A stretch of DNA of 64,000 nucleotides from Octopus vulgaris (taxonomy: Eukaryota), in NCBI GenBank assembly GCA_951406725.2, contig OX597825.1, forward strand, positions 61,690,001 to 61,754,000. The letters are read 5' to 3'. This document shows, one piece after another, positions 26,060 through 37,908 of this stretch. The position numbers were made by a program, and so were the translations under genes. Every line of letters starts with the position of its first letter. Position 1 is the stretch's first letter. The notes beneath the pieces were generated by a model. The model made no database searches and was not told the DNA's origin. It worked only from the letters and a program-made list of their open reading frames with translations.

Positions 26060-26377
26060 ATTATATTTTTTCACATCTCTCTAACTCCGAAATGCGTATA
26101 CAGTTAATCAAAGCTGGTTGAATTCGTTATTTTTTCTCTTTACCTGCGTGAGTTGTTGAATATTGATGTCTGGAAGATTTTCTTATGGTTGTGAAATAGT
26201 AGTTTTTAACTGCTATTTCTAAATTTCGGTATGTGATGAAGCAAATTTTTGCTGAACCCTAATTATTATTATACTCATAATTATAGAATTAATTTTTGTA
26301 TAATTTTACCGATGATGGTTCTTTTAACATACCAAACTACTTGGAAAATTATTAATTATTAATTAATTAATTTTACC

Positions 26378-26443
<66 letters not shown>

Positions 26444-26457
26444 CTATATAGTAATAT

Positions 26458-26625
26458 ATAGGGTGCAGGCAAGGCTGTGCGGTAAGAAGCTTGCTTTCCA
26501 GCAACATAGCTCAGGATTCAGCCTCATTGTGTGGCACCTTGGCCAGGTGTTTTCTACTACCACATCAGGTTGAACAAAGCTTTTTTAGTGGATTTGGAAG
26601 GCAGAAACTAAAAGAAGCCTAATGT
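26458..26625 (+). mobile_element. SINE family B, degenerate 5' half
   Basis: GGCTGTGCGGTAAGAAGCTTGCTT...GGCACCTTGG...GTGGATTTGG...GAAACTAAAAGAAGCC. Confidence 0.75.
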
Positions 26626-27454
26626 GTATATGTCTATCATTCAACTGCGGTAGTAGTTGAATAATATTCTTAAGGCTGCAATTTACTCACATGCAGCATC
26701 TTCCAGAGCTTGTAGCTAATTCAGTTCCTAACCAAACTGAAAACTATTAACAGTTTTGAAGAGGACCGTTGCCTAGCTACATTTTGGCATAACAAAATTG
26801 AGATTTGATCCATTAGATAAAAGTTTACATCAAAATTTGTAGCAAACTTATAGGAGAGTAAGTAATGCCTCCATCACGTTTAAATCTGAATAACTTTTTT
26901 TATTTTAAGAGCAAAATATATTTGTCTTAGCTTCAATGATAGCAGAAAGTATGAAGAATTTTATAGTTTTATTCCCATGCAAAAAAAATTTGTATCATGA
27001 AAACATTATAAGCAAGGCAAAAAATTGGATTTAAGTATAATTAACTTTTTTATTTTAAAAATAAACTTTACTTTAATTAAGCTTAAATGATAGAGCTCAA
27101 TTCGAGGAATTTCATGGTATCAATCTAATGCAATGAAGTTTTAAAAGAAAAAAGTTATGAGTGTTTGTTTCTCAAATTTGAGGGTGATAATGTAGAAATA
27201 AAAATTAAAATAATAATAGAAATATAGTTCTATACTTTTAACGAATATAGTTCTATAATGCGTTTTTAATATATGTCATCGATGTCATTGAGGTAAGGAA
27301 AAAATTATCAATGACACTGCTAATCGACACACTTGATATGCATTATCAATTAGCATAATGGCAAAGCCTGGAAAAAAAACATGGATTACATGGAAAAATG
27401 CAAGCAAAAGAAATAATAATATTCTTAAGATTATAATATAATAATAACAACAAC

Positions 27455-27635
27455 ATCGAAAAATACCTTAGGAATGAGAACCCAGGTTCAAAATTCCCCC
27501 AAATACCTGATGAAGGCTGGAGGGTATTTCAGTCAAAACGTGTTAACAACAAACAAGATGAGGACAAATATCCATCAAATGAAAATAATGTACATAATGT
27601 ACATAATTCTTCATCTCTTAAATATAGAACTGTAT
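27455..27635 (+). mobile_element. PLE-type mini-element with decayed hammerhead motif
   Basis: CTGATGA (27507-27513) A GGCTG..CAGTC AAAAC GTGT. Homologous to 21168-21322. Confidence 0.7.
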
Positions 27636-27723
27636 TAAAAAGAATAAGTCCTGGGGCCAATTTGTTTGACTAAAAGCGGTGCTCCAGCATGGCCACAGTC
27701 AAATAACTGAAACAAGTAAAAGA

Positions 27724-27762
<39 letters not shown>

Positions 27763-28811
27763 AGTGTGTGTGAGAGTCTGTGAGTGTGTGTGGGGGTGTG
27801 TGAGTGTGTATGTGTATGTGTGTGTGCATATTTATGTATACTCACACTCACACACACACATATATATACACACACATACACATATATATATATATTATAT
27901 TAAGTGGAAAAGGGATGTCCTGCAAGTTGTTTTGTCTTACACATATTCTTGTTGTTTCCCTCTCTTGAACAGATTTCTTTAACAATCTTCATTGCAGCTT
28001 TTGAACAACAATACACAGTTATAACATATCGTATGCTTCAATTTAACTAATTGTCAAGACATTTAAATAATAAATATTCATTAACCATTATTATTGTGTT
28101 TACAACAGGCATTTTACTTATTTTTCACTTTTACAGCAACAGATTCCTTATTGTTTATATTCTTCCATCTTCAAGTCAGTTAAAACGAAGTGCCACTTTA
28201 GCAGTTGGTATTTTTAACTTTCCGGTCAGAATGGCTGACTAAACTTGAACAGATAAAAATACTCCAATCTAACATGAAAAGAAGCACTTCGTTTTAGCAA
28301 GAAAATAAGCTAAAAACAATAAATGGAATAAAACAAGTGAATTACTTCACAGCTCTCTTCTACTAAGTCTAATCAGCTCTTCACCAAAGTCATAAAAAGC
28401 ATTTTCTAATTTATTGTTAAAACACAATGCTACAGAAGTCTTCCCTTTCTTTTGCTTCTAACAGCTCTATTGGATTTTCAGTTACTGATCCAGTTGCATT
28501 TCACCTTATCTATTATCTTGGTCGTTTTAACATTATAACAAGATCTAGAAAGAATTAACTTGCACATTCTCTTTTTTTTACAATCAGAAATATCTGTACA
28601 GTAAAAGAATAGTGTGAGCAGTAATGCTTTTAAGTAAAACAGGTTTACGCAGAGAAACTGGGTCATAAGCTATTTTGGAAGAACCTAGATACAAATCTCA
28701 TTCTGTTTGGGTTTTAGCGACATATCTTTTGCATTGGAGCAAACATTATTATTGATATCTCTTTGTGTGCCGTAGCTGGAATTAAAGTATTCTGTCATAT
28801 TTATCAATCAG

Positions 28812-29105
28812 GAGGTAGTGAGTTCAATTCCCAGGCCAGGCTGAGTGTTGTGTTCTTGAGCAAGACACTTTATTTCCTGTTGCACCAGTTCACTCATCTG
28901 TAGAAAGGAGTTACAATGCCACTAGTGCTAAGCTATATCAGCTTTGCTTTTCGCTTGGATAACATCGGAGGCATGGAGATGGGGAGCTGGTATGCATGGA
29001 TGACTCCTGGTCTTCCATAAACAGCCTTGCTTGGACTTGTGCTTTGGAGGTAATTTTGTAGGTGCAATCCCATGTTCATTCATGACCAAAGGGGGTCTTT
29101 ACTCT
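28812..29105 (+). mobile_element. SINE family A (long-tail subfamily), 5'-truncated
   Basis: GAGTTCAATTCC B box and TTGTGTTCTTGAGCAAGACAC. Reverse homolog of 34741-35077. Confidence 0.8.
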
Positions 29106-29110
29106 TTTTA

Positions 29111-29638
29111 TCTATTATACAAAATCTGTTCTGTCTGTCTGTGTGTCTTCTAGGATCTCAAGCATCCTCCATCCAATTGCGCTCAAATTTGATATGTAGA
29201 TACCGACGATATCAGGGCATGTATAAATCTTGAAAAAATTACAAAAATCGATTCCAGGTGAGAATGCAATCAATAAAGCCATGGGAACGTGCTTTTCTTC
29301 CGTCAACCTGTACATAACTGCACCTTCCATTGTTTGTTGTTTTTGTACTGCTTGAAGGCACGTTTCTTTCCAGCCAAGCTTACTGTTTAAACCATGTTTG
29401 TGTTCTCCCAGTCAACAGCCTTATCATTACTGGTACTTTAAACTCTTCAGTTGTATATTTGTGTGAATAAAATCGTTTTTCTTCTAAATAGAAAAAAGTC
29501 TATCTTTATTTCTTCTTTTGCTGGTGTCTTAAATTTAGGTTTAAATCAGTGTTTCTCAAAGGAGAGGCCTATGGGACAGTCGGACAAGTTGTTTTGAGAA
29601 AATTTGGTTTAAACGTTTGACAACTCAACACCGTCCAA
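29111..29638 (+). mobile_element. Non-autonomous Helitron-like element (family E), longest copy, 3' end truncated
   Basis: A|TCTATTATA 5' end and (TCTG)n tract. Co-linear with 40788-41175 and 37905-38255. Confidence 0.75.
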
Positions 29639-29798
29639 ATATATATATCTTAGGTGGGGTTGAAACACAACCATTTTTAAGGAAGCATAATTCCACAGTA
29701 TGCACAGAGTTTCAAATAGTATTTTAAATATAATATATGAAAATTAGGGTTATGTGACCGTCCATACCCCCTTGCATACACCCCCACAATTAAATACC

Positions 29799-30030
29799 TA
29801 TTTCTTTATTACCCACAAGGGGCTAAACACAGAGGGGACAAACAAGGACAGACATAGGTATTAAATCGATTACATCGACCCCATTGCGTAACTGGTACTT
29901 AATTTATCGACCTCCAAAGGATGAAAGGCAAAGTCGACCTCGGCGGAATTTGAACTCACAACGTAACGCAGACGAAATACCACTAAGCATTTCGCCCGGC
30001 GTGCTAACGTTTCTGCCAGCTCTCTGCCTT
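29799..30030 (-). mobile_element. SINE family C, full length
   Basis: Family C consensus. Flanks repeat CCCACAATTAAATACC (29783-29798, 30040-30055). Confidence 0.92.
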
Positions 30031-30057
30031 AATTAAATACCCACAATTAAATACCGT

Positions 30058-31300
30058 TTTGAATTTCCATTTAGACACATATTTGAATCCATAGATGGAA
30101 AAACAAGAGGACCACGAACATCAAAAGGCTTCAGTGGCAATAAAATCAAAGATGCAACAAACTTAAAGCTAATCTAAGTTTCTCCAGTAAAAACTAAAGT
30201 GAAAGAATTGCCATTAAAAATTGTTGATACTTTAAACTCATCTCAAAAATATCTGAATGCAATGTGCCTCAGTACTGAGATTACTTCGCAGCTCTCTTCT
30301 CCTAAGTCTAATCAGCTCTTCACCAAAGTCATAAAAAGCAGTTTCTGAGCAGTTAGAAGCAAGATCACCTGGTAAAATACATCATGCATGGTGGTTAACA
30401 CGTACAAACAGAATTCTTAGCTTATGTGTTTTGGAAAAAAATCTCTGAAGAATATTATGGATCTTGTTAAAATCATAATGCAAGTTTATGCTCAAAGCTG
30501 GTTCTGGATTAAATCTCACCCAAAGTTACATGAAGGAGTTAGTAAATTTTGGTATATTTTTGGCACATCTAATGCAAGATATGAACCAAAATCATAAAGG
30601 AATCATGAAGAAACCGTTAAAAACTAATTCGTATTTTGCCGATCCAGAGAATATTTTACTGATTATTCTGAATAATAGAAGAAGACAAATTAGGGAAGTA
30701 GCAGTTCAGTGAATTATCAAAGCAAAAACGTTTCCCTGAATGCCCCATGAAGAATAAAAAAATTTCAAACTACCAAGCAAAATTAATTTTGAAGCACAGG
30801 ATTATGTTGATTTAATTAACTGGGAAAATGATGTTATAACATCCCCTCCAGTTTTACAGAACTTTACAAATGTTGATCTTGGTAAAGCTCATTTAAGACT
30901 ATTAACAGCAATACCTCTTCCTTATATTAATCAAGGAGTCTAGCATGCTATCAATTTAGTGACAAAAGCTTCTGAAATCAGAATAGGCTACAAAAGTAGG
31001 CACAAATTCATATTAATCCTTTTATTACTGTATTTATTTTGAGATGATCTGTGTTTCTTTCAATTACTTTAAATATAACAAAGAATTTAGTAAAATAACT
31101 TAGTTATCATCCAGCTAGTATTAGGAACATAAATTGTGAGTAAGGTTTGGTGGAAGATTTTAATTAAAACCTTAAGAAAACAAGACATTTGTACAACAGA
31201 GCCAGAGCCATTTTCAGCCAGGTTGGTAATGAAAGGGTTAAATGTACAGAAATCAAGACAAAGTTTCTCACACTTTGACTGGAAAAGACAATGGTTGTTT
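30058..31300 (+). mobile_element. Decayed DNA transposase, hAT-related (hATm-like)
   Basis: Peptides EFPFRHIFESIDGKTRGP, SPGKIHHAWWLTRTNRIL, NSYFADPENILL, KINFEAQDYVDLINW..SPP and INQGV*HAINLVTKAS...RHKFILNVQKSR. The family label is from recalled motifs. Confidence 0.65.
31017..31237. mobile_element. piggyBac-type MITE
   Basis: TTAA TSDs (31013-16, 31238-41) and TIRs TCCTTTTATTAC / GTAATGAAAGGG. Removing it restores the host transposase frame. Confidence 0.85.
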
Positions 31301-31364
31301 AATTAGATAATAAATACTATTAATGCTTATTTTATGGTGTTCACTGTTCATGTATATTTTGTCA

Positions 31365-31960
31365 AACTAATCAACCCTAGGACTTATTTTTTTCTTTTTA
31401 AATCTGGTACATTTCTATCAGTTTCTTTTGCTGAGCTACAAAGTTACAGGGATGTAAATGGACTAACAACGGTTGTATGTGGTGATGGTGGACAAACACA
31501 GACACAAAGATGCACACACACTGATAGATATTTATATATATATATGTGTGTGTGTGTATATACATATATATTTAACCATCTCACATCGTCTCTGATGAAA
31601 GGGTATCCCTAATATCCCAGAAACAGCTGTAAGACTAACTTTCTCTTATAGATGTCCTGAAAACTCCACACAGCCTTGGCTTTGTTGTCTCATTTTATTT
31701 AATATATACGCATACATATATACACATACATATATATATATATATTTACATACACATACATACATATATATATATATCCACACACACACACACACATACA
31801 CATATGACAGGCTTCTTTTAGTTTTCATCTACCAAATCCACTCACAAGGTTTTGGTTGGCCTAAGGCTATAGTAGAAGATATTTGCCCAAAGAGCTATGC
31901 AGTGGGACTGAACTCAGAACCATCTGGTTGGGAAGCAAACATCTTACCACACAGACCTTC
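31365..31960 (-). mobile_element. SINE family B interrupted in its microsatellite by a hammerhead mini-element
   Basis: 3' half at 31365-31520 and 5' half at 31805-31960. Confidence 0.75.
31588..31635 (+). ncRNA. Minimal type I hammerhead ribozyme motif (PLE-type)
   Basis: Stem I GTCT/AGAC; core CTGATGA; stem II GGG(-)TAT/ATATCCC; GAAA; palindromic stem III ACAGCTGT; cleavage triplet GTA. Confidence 0.8.
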
Positions 31961-32049
31961 CATATAAATTTGTCTCGACGTGGAATGCCATATCACTTGA
32001 AAGTAAGTTAAACTACAGAAGCACAGAGAGTAGCTGCATAAAATATTTT

Positions 32050-32430
32050 GCTGACCTTGAGAGGTGTGACGTATTCTGAGTTGCAATAGAGAGTATCAGG
32101 ATGAAGTAACTTACAGCTGGAAAAAAAGTGTCTCTGAAATGATACAGGTGATCTTTCCCTAAACAATGATGAGAAGAAAGAAAGACCTTGGTGATCTCAT
32201 TTTGGGAGATTATAGAATGTTAAAACTCTGTGAAAGGATGAGAATCTTCCTAGAATGTGTCCAAATGAGGGATCAGTTATTGAAGTTAGTAATTTTATGG
32301 TCAAAAGATCTATTGCGGCTACAAGATCAAAGAAGGCAGCTGGTCCATTTGATACTGAATGGTTGGTGAAAGCTGTGCAGTTAATGAAGTAAAGGTTTGA
32401 AATGAATGCAGTAAGTAATTCGGAATACAA
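32050..32430 (+). mobile_element. Decayed RTE-like LINE fragment
   Basis: EVSNFMVKRSIAATRSKKAAGPFD resembles the pre-RT motif (EV..AI..MK..KAAGPD). Confidence 0.5.
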
Positions 32431-32479
32431 GTAGGAGTTCAATATGGCTTGGTTCTTAGAGGTTTTCTATTTATCATAA

Positions 32480-32900
32480 TCCTGCAGGCCACCAAAGATG
32501 TCTTGCAAACAACTTGCACATGCAAGTGCTACCAGTCAAAAACTCTGCATACTGGAAGCCAGCAAGTGCATGGGCTAATCAGGAGAGAATGCACACTGTT
32601 TCGGGGCCTACCTCTTGACGGCATCAATGCGCACTGCCCCCCCCCCACTGATATGAGGCCCCGCTTGCTAGATCAACTGGTTATCAAATAAAGCTCAATA
32701 TTCTTCTAGCCATCGCTCATCGTCTCTTTTTAACCAAATCCAGCGGCTAGCCTTCTCCACTGTAGTTTGGGTATTAGTCATGGTGGTATTGACTTTACGA
32801 TGAGTTAGGCCTAACTATAACAGCAGTCGTCTCATACTGTGTCCAACAAACACTCTGCATCCAACTTCGATAAGATCAATCCCATCTCCCAAGAGAGCTT
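32480..32900 (-). mobile_element. HERO-like RLE non-LTR retrotransposon 3' end
   Basis: IEVGCRVFVGHSMRRLLL*LGL...VEKASRWIWLKRDDERW..* (stop at 32695-32697) matches the HERO-type C-terminus (EVGCRGF...AE.ASRW.W.KR). Confidence 0.75.
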
Positions 32901-33168
32901 TTATATACTGATGATCTAGTATTTAAAGCGGAGACTGTGGAAAATTAAAAGAGAAATTCTAAATAATCCTCATTGTCGTTTTAATGTCCACTTTTACATA
33001 TTCATATGCATAGGAAAAAACTTGTTGCCAACCCTAGCCTATTTCTTAAGTAAGGTGATATCGTCATGTGGCCAGTCATGATTTCATGGAGGACTGGAAA
33101 CAAAAGAACACCACATGTATGATGGTGCCATTCATTTGTAAGAAGAAAACACAAACACATACAGCAGG

Positions 33169-33206
<38 letters not shown>

Positions 33207-33603
33207 CATACACTCATTATCAGCAGTCATGGTAGTTATTTGAACTCTGAGAGTGAAGACTGGATTGTACAATGCATAGGTATGAACTGCAATGCTGCCT
33301 TTCAGCCTTGTCCATCAAACAACCTCTTTCACCACAGCTACCAGGCAAAGGAAAACTGCCTAGCCTGTCCGATTGAAGGAGGGTGGCAGTGCGATCATCA
33401 CTACAGACTTGGCCAACAGGCAAATCTGTCCCACATGTGACAGCAGTTGTTTGACATAACCCCACAAGTCAGCAATGCCTAGACACTGAATGATGGTGTC
33501 CGAAATGGTTTCATAACTGTGCACGCATCTCAGACAAGCCCATCAATAATAATAATGATAATAATAATAATATTTACTTAAATATATATGTATCTGCATG
33601 TAA

Positions 33604-33639
<36 letters not shown>

Positions 33640-33657
33640 TACACATATATATGTATG

Positions 33658-33708
<51 letters not shown>

Positions 33709-34395
33709 GTATATATATATATTAGTGCATTCTTTCATTTGTATATACACACACATGTGTGCATGTGTACATGCACACACACACACAAAAAGAGGGACAG
33801 AGAGAGAGAGAGAGAGTTATTTCTAACAAATTTTGTTAGGTTAAATGTCTAAATGTCTGAAACAAAGTTATTCTTAGTCTAAATGTCTGAGATGATTTGC
33901 TGGACTATTAACCCCAACTTTGGAATCTATATTTACAGCATTTATATCTACAATGTATTTCTATTAGTTTCATCTCTGATTATCCTCAAAATATTCCTGG
34001 ATATGTATATAGTCTCAGACAAGATTAGCCATGTTTTAAAATTAAAGATTTCAAAGATATGTAGTTGTGCAGAGCATAGTGTAAATTAAAACCGAAATGA
34101 ATTTAAATATTATCAAGTTTCGTTGTCGGTTACATAAGAATATGAATGCATCCTTTTATACTACTGATGTGCAGAAGAAACAAGAGCAGGGTTCTCCTGA
34201 TAGAGGCAGAGCAGTTCAGGAATGTTTGTAGATGAAGTTGGCAATGGTTAGGGAGAAGGAAAAAAAAATAAAAACATGAGCAGATTTGAAGCATGTTGAG
34301 GGAAGTAGGAGGACTGAAAAAACTGGAGACATTATATGGTCATGCACAGATGAATTTATGTGTATGTTTGTATTTTTGTATATGTATATATATAT

Positions 34396-34697
34396 ATCAC
34401 CATGACTGACCAGGCTATCAGATGTTGCTACATATCGCTGGTCACAATGCGCTTCGCATTGTTTTAGCCTTCAAATGACGCCACCCCGCTGGCTAAGCAA
34501 GCAGATCAACAGAAGAAAGAGTGAGAGAAAGTTGTGGCGAAAGAGTACAGCAGGGATCGCCACCACCCCCTGCCGGAGCCTCGTGGCTTTAGGTATTTTT
34601 GCTCAATAAACACTCACAACGCCCGGTCTGGGAATCGAAACCGCGGTCCTACGACCGCGAGTCCACTGCCCTAACCAATGGGCCATTGCACCTTCAT
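34396..34697 (-). mobile_element. tRNA-derived SINE with family-A-like head and a distinct body
   Basis: Minus strand GGTGCAATGGCCCATTGGTTAGGGCAG...GGTTTCGATTCCC. CpG-rich, suggesting a young copy. Confidence 0.8.
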
Positions 34698-34706
34698 GAA
34701 TATGTA

Positions 34707-34739
<33 letters not shown>

Positions 34740-34740
34740 A

Positions 34741-35077
34741 AAAGAACCCTTTTGTTCACCAATGACCAAGAATTGCAGCAAAAAAGTTTCCCTCCAAGCT
34801 ACAAGTCCAGGCAAGATTGCTTGTGTTAGACCACCAATCACCCATGCATACAAGTCTCCCATCTCCATGCCATTGATGCTGTCAAAGGGAAAGGCAAAGG
34901 GGCCAATACAGCTTGGCACCAGTGATGTCACAACTCATTTTTACAGCTGAGTGAACTGGAGCAATGTGAAATAAAGTGTCTTGCTCAAGATTACAATACA
35001 CAGCCCGGTCCAGGAATCGAACTCACAACCTCATGATTGTAAGCCCAATGCTCTAAACACTAAGCCATGTACTTTCA
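34741..35077 (-). mobile_element. SINE family A (long-tail subfamily)
   Basis: GGAATCGAACTC (B box, reverse) and GCTGAGTGAACTGGAGCAA core. Confidence 0.85.
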
Positions 35078-35115
35078 CTATGCATGTATACATATATGTG
35101 TGTGTGTGTGTGTAT

Positions 35116-35152
<37 letters not shown>

Positions 35153-35269
35153 TGTATGTATGTATGTATGTATATAGTCAGCATCATAAGAATATATAGA
35201 CTTTCAAAAGAATGGAAAATAATTCTTCTTTTGGAACTTGATCTTGAAGCACATAAATACTATAAATAA

Positions 35270-35450
35270 TCCTTTCTACTATTGGCACAAAGGCTTGAAA
35301 TTTTGGGGGAAGTGGTGCTAAATGAATACACTGCCCCCAGTACTTGACAGGCACTTATTTTCTCAATCCCTGAAAAGACAAAAGGCTAAGCTGACTTCAG
35401 TGGAATTTGAACTCAGAGCATAAAGACAAATGAAATGTCACAAGGCATGA
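35270..35450 (-). mobile_element. SINE family C, old long-tail subfamily, degenerate
   Basis: TTTCTACT..GGCACAA..GAAATTTTGGGG tail and GGAATTTGAACTCAGA. Confidence 0.6.
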
Positions 35451-35768
35451 CGTTTCATCGCTTTTTACATTCTAAGTTAAATGCTATAGGTTGGAAAACC
35501 ATTTTGGATAGAGAAAGGCGCTGGTTACAGGAGATGTGAATTTATGTCTCAAAGGCAGCCTATGACATTTTCTTTCTAAAATGTTTTTTCTAACACTCAA
35601 TATGACAGAGTTTCTATTATTTATAGTGTTTATGTCCTAGAAGATCCGGTTGCAAAAAGTATATATATGCTACTATTAGTGAAATGTCTGTAAATCAGAA
35701 GAAAATCACACTCGGTATGACAGAGCAGTTCATTTTTTTCAATTAGTAATGTTACTCATTATGTCATA

Positions 35769-36269
35769 TAAGGAGGTGCTGAAAAGTTCCTGGTTTTGGG
35801 CAAAAGAAAATGTAGGAGGATCAGTTATGATTTTATTCAACATATTCCCCTCTCAGATACATACACTTATTGTAGTAGTTCTTTAGTTTTTCTTGTGGGA
35901 TGACGTCAGCAGCTGGGGAGCTGAACAGAACTTTGGAGCTGACCAGAAGAGGAAGGGTGCAGGAGTGATGTGCGCGCAGGCAGGGGACGATTGGGGCTTT
36001 TCGATCGGGGTACCCGACAGTGCTGGACGTGTGAGCACTTTGACAAGGTGAGGGAAAAGCAGCTGCTATTTTTAGCGTTTGGGTTGGGCCACATGGAAGG
36101 GTGCGTTACCACCAGAGAGGTCTACATCGACGAAGAGAAGGTAGGTGTCTTACTTCAGATCTCCAGCATACACCACATTTCTAAACCCTGTAAAAGAACT
36201 CAGAAATTGGGCCTCCAAACAGATCTTTCACAATAGCCTTAAAGCCAGGAAATTTTCAGCACCCTCTTG
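35769..36269 (-). mobile_element. Mariner MITE split by a solo LTR
   Basis: TIRs GGTGCTGAAAAGTTCCTGG / CCAGGAAATTTTCAGCACC. The two halves join co-linearly with the 6697 and 24039 copies. Confidence 0.85.
35894..36177. mobile_element. Solo LTR (284 bp)
   Basis: TGTGG...CCACA termini, exact 5-bp TSD TTTCT (35889-93, 36178-82), GC- and CpG-rich relative to flanks. Confidence 0.8.
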
Positions 36270-36279
36270 TATAATGGAA

Positions 36280-36470
36280 AGGTGGTAAGCTCACAAAATT
36301 GTTTGTATATCAGGTAAAATGATTAGCAGTGTTTCGTCCTACTACATTCTGAATTCAAATTCTGCTGTGGTTGACTTTGCCTTTCATTTATTCAGGGTCG
36401 ATGAAATTAGTACCGGTTGAGCACTGGGGTCAATGTAATTGATTTACACGCTCCCTTGAACTTGCTGGCT
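36280..36470 (+). mobile_element. SINE family C (old), tail interrupted by a family B SINE
   Basis: GTTGACTTTGCCTTTCAT...GGGTCGATGAAATTAGTACC. The tail resumes at about 36887 (CAAAATTTTGAA). Confidence 0.7.
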
Positions 36471-36886
36471 TTACTCTTTACTCTTTTTACTCTTTTACTT
36501 GTTTCAGTCATTTGACTGTGGCCATGCTGGAGCACCACCTTTAGCCGAGCAAATCGACCCCAGGACTTATTCTTTGTAAGCTTAGTACTTATTCTATCGG
36601 TCTCTTTTGCCGAACCGCTAAGTCACGGGTGATGTAAACACACCAGCATCGGTTCTCAAGTGATATTGGGTGGAGAAACACAGATACACAAACATATATA
36701 CATACACACATACATATATATAAATATATACAACAGGCTTCTTTCAGTTTCCATCTACCAAATCCACTCACAAGACTTTGGTCGGCCTGAGGCTATAGTA
36801 GAAGACACTTGCCCAAGGTGCCATGCAGTGGAACTGAACCCGGAACCATGTAGTTCATAAGCAAGCTACTTATCACAGCCACTCCC
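36471..36886 (-). mobile_element. SINE family B, near full length
   Basis: (TTTTACTC)n tail, both halves and the internal microsatellite are present. Confidence 0.92.
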
Positions 36887-36984
36887 ACAAAATTTTGAAA
36901 TCATTATGACATATAATGGGTCAGATTGTCACTATTTGTTTCAAACCAACTACTGCACTTGAAAATATTAATTTCATATTTCAA

Positions 36985-37195
36985 ATTCTGGTGCAAGGCT
37001 AACAATTTCAAGGGAAACAGTAAATCAATTATATTAACCCTAGTAATCAACTGGGATTAATATTTTATCAACCCCAGAAGGATGAAAGGCAAAATCAATC
37101 TACGAATCAAATTTTAACTCAGAATGTTACGACAGACAAAATGGCACTAAGCTGTTTGTCTGCCAAGCTGGTAATTCTACCAGCTCTCTGCCTTA
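36985..37195 (-). mobile_element. SINE family C, degenerate
   Basis: GGATGAAAGGCAAA...AACTCAGAATG...CCAGCTCTCTGCCTT. Confidence 0.6.
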
Positions 37196-37867
37196 CTGCA
37201 CTTGACAATACTGGTGCCATTCTAGAAACGGTGACTAGAAACAAGCGGTATATTGTATATAAACCTCTTACTGGGAATATTTAATTGTTCCAAATTGATA
37301 AAGGCTAGGGATTAAATATGTCATGTTGACAGCAAAATGATAAAAAGAAGACTGATTTAAACTTACAGATGTAGCATTAGCAACAAAAAAGGACTGTAAA
37401 CTAATGCTAGGTCAGGTTTTAAGACACATTAGCAACACTACATCATCATCATCATCATCACCACTATCATTATCAATGTTTTATCTTCTGTTTTTTTTCA
37501 TGCTTCCATGGTTCAGACATAATTTAAGGGGACAGATTTTCTATGACCATTTAATTTTCCTGTCATCATCCCTCACTTGTTTCCATGGAGTTTGCAAAAG
37601 ATTAGAAACAAGTGCCACTGCTTATACGAGAATAACACTTATTTACAACTATTTCTTTTTTTTCTCTCCTTCACTGTACCCTTTTTATTTTTTGCTATAT
37701 TTTTTCAAGTCTTGGCAATGCAGAGCTATCATACATACATATATATGTATATATAGGGGCAGGTATGGCTGTGTAGTACCCTGAGCAAATGTCTTCTACT
37801 ATAGCCTCAGGCTAACCAAAACCTTGTAAGCAAAAGAATGAAAGAATATATACATACATACATATAC

Positions 37868-37904
<37 letters not shown>

Positions 37905-37908
<4 letters not shown>

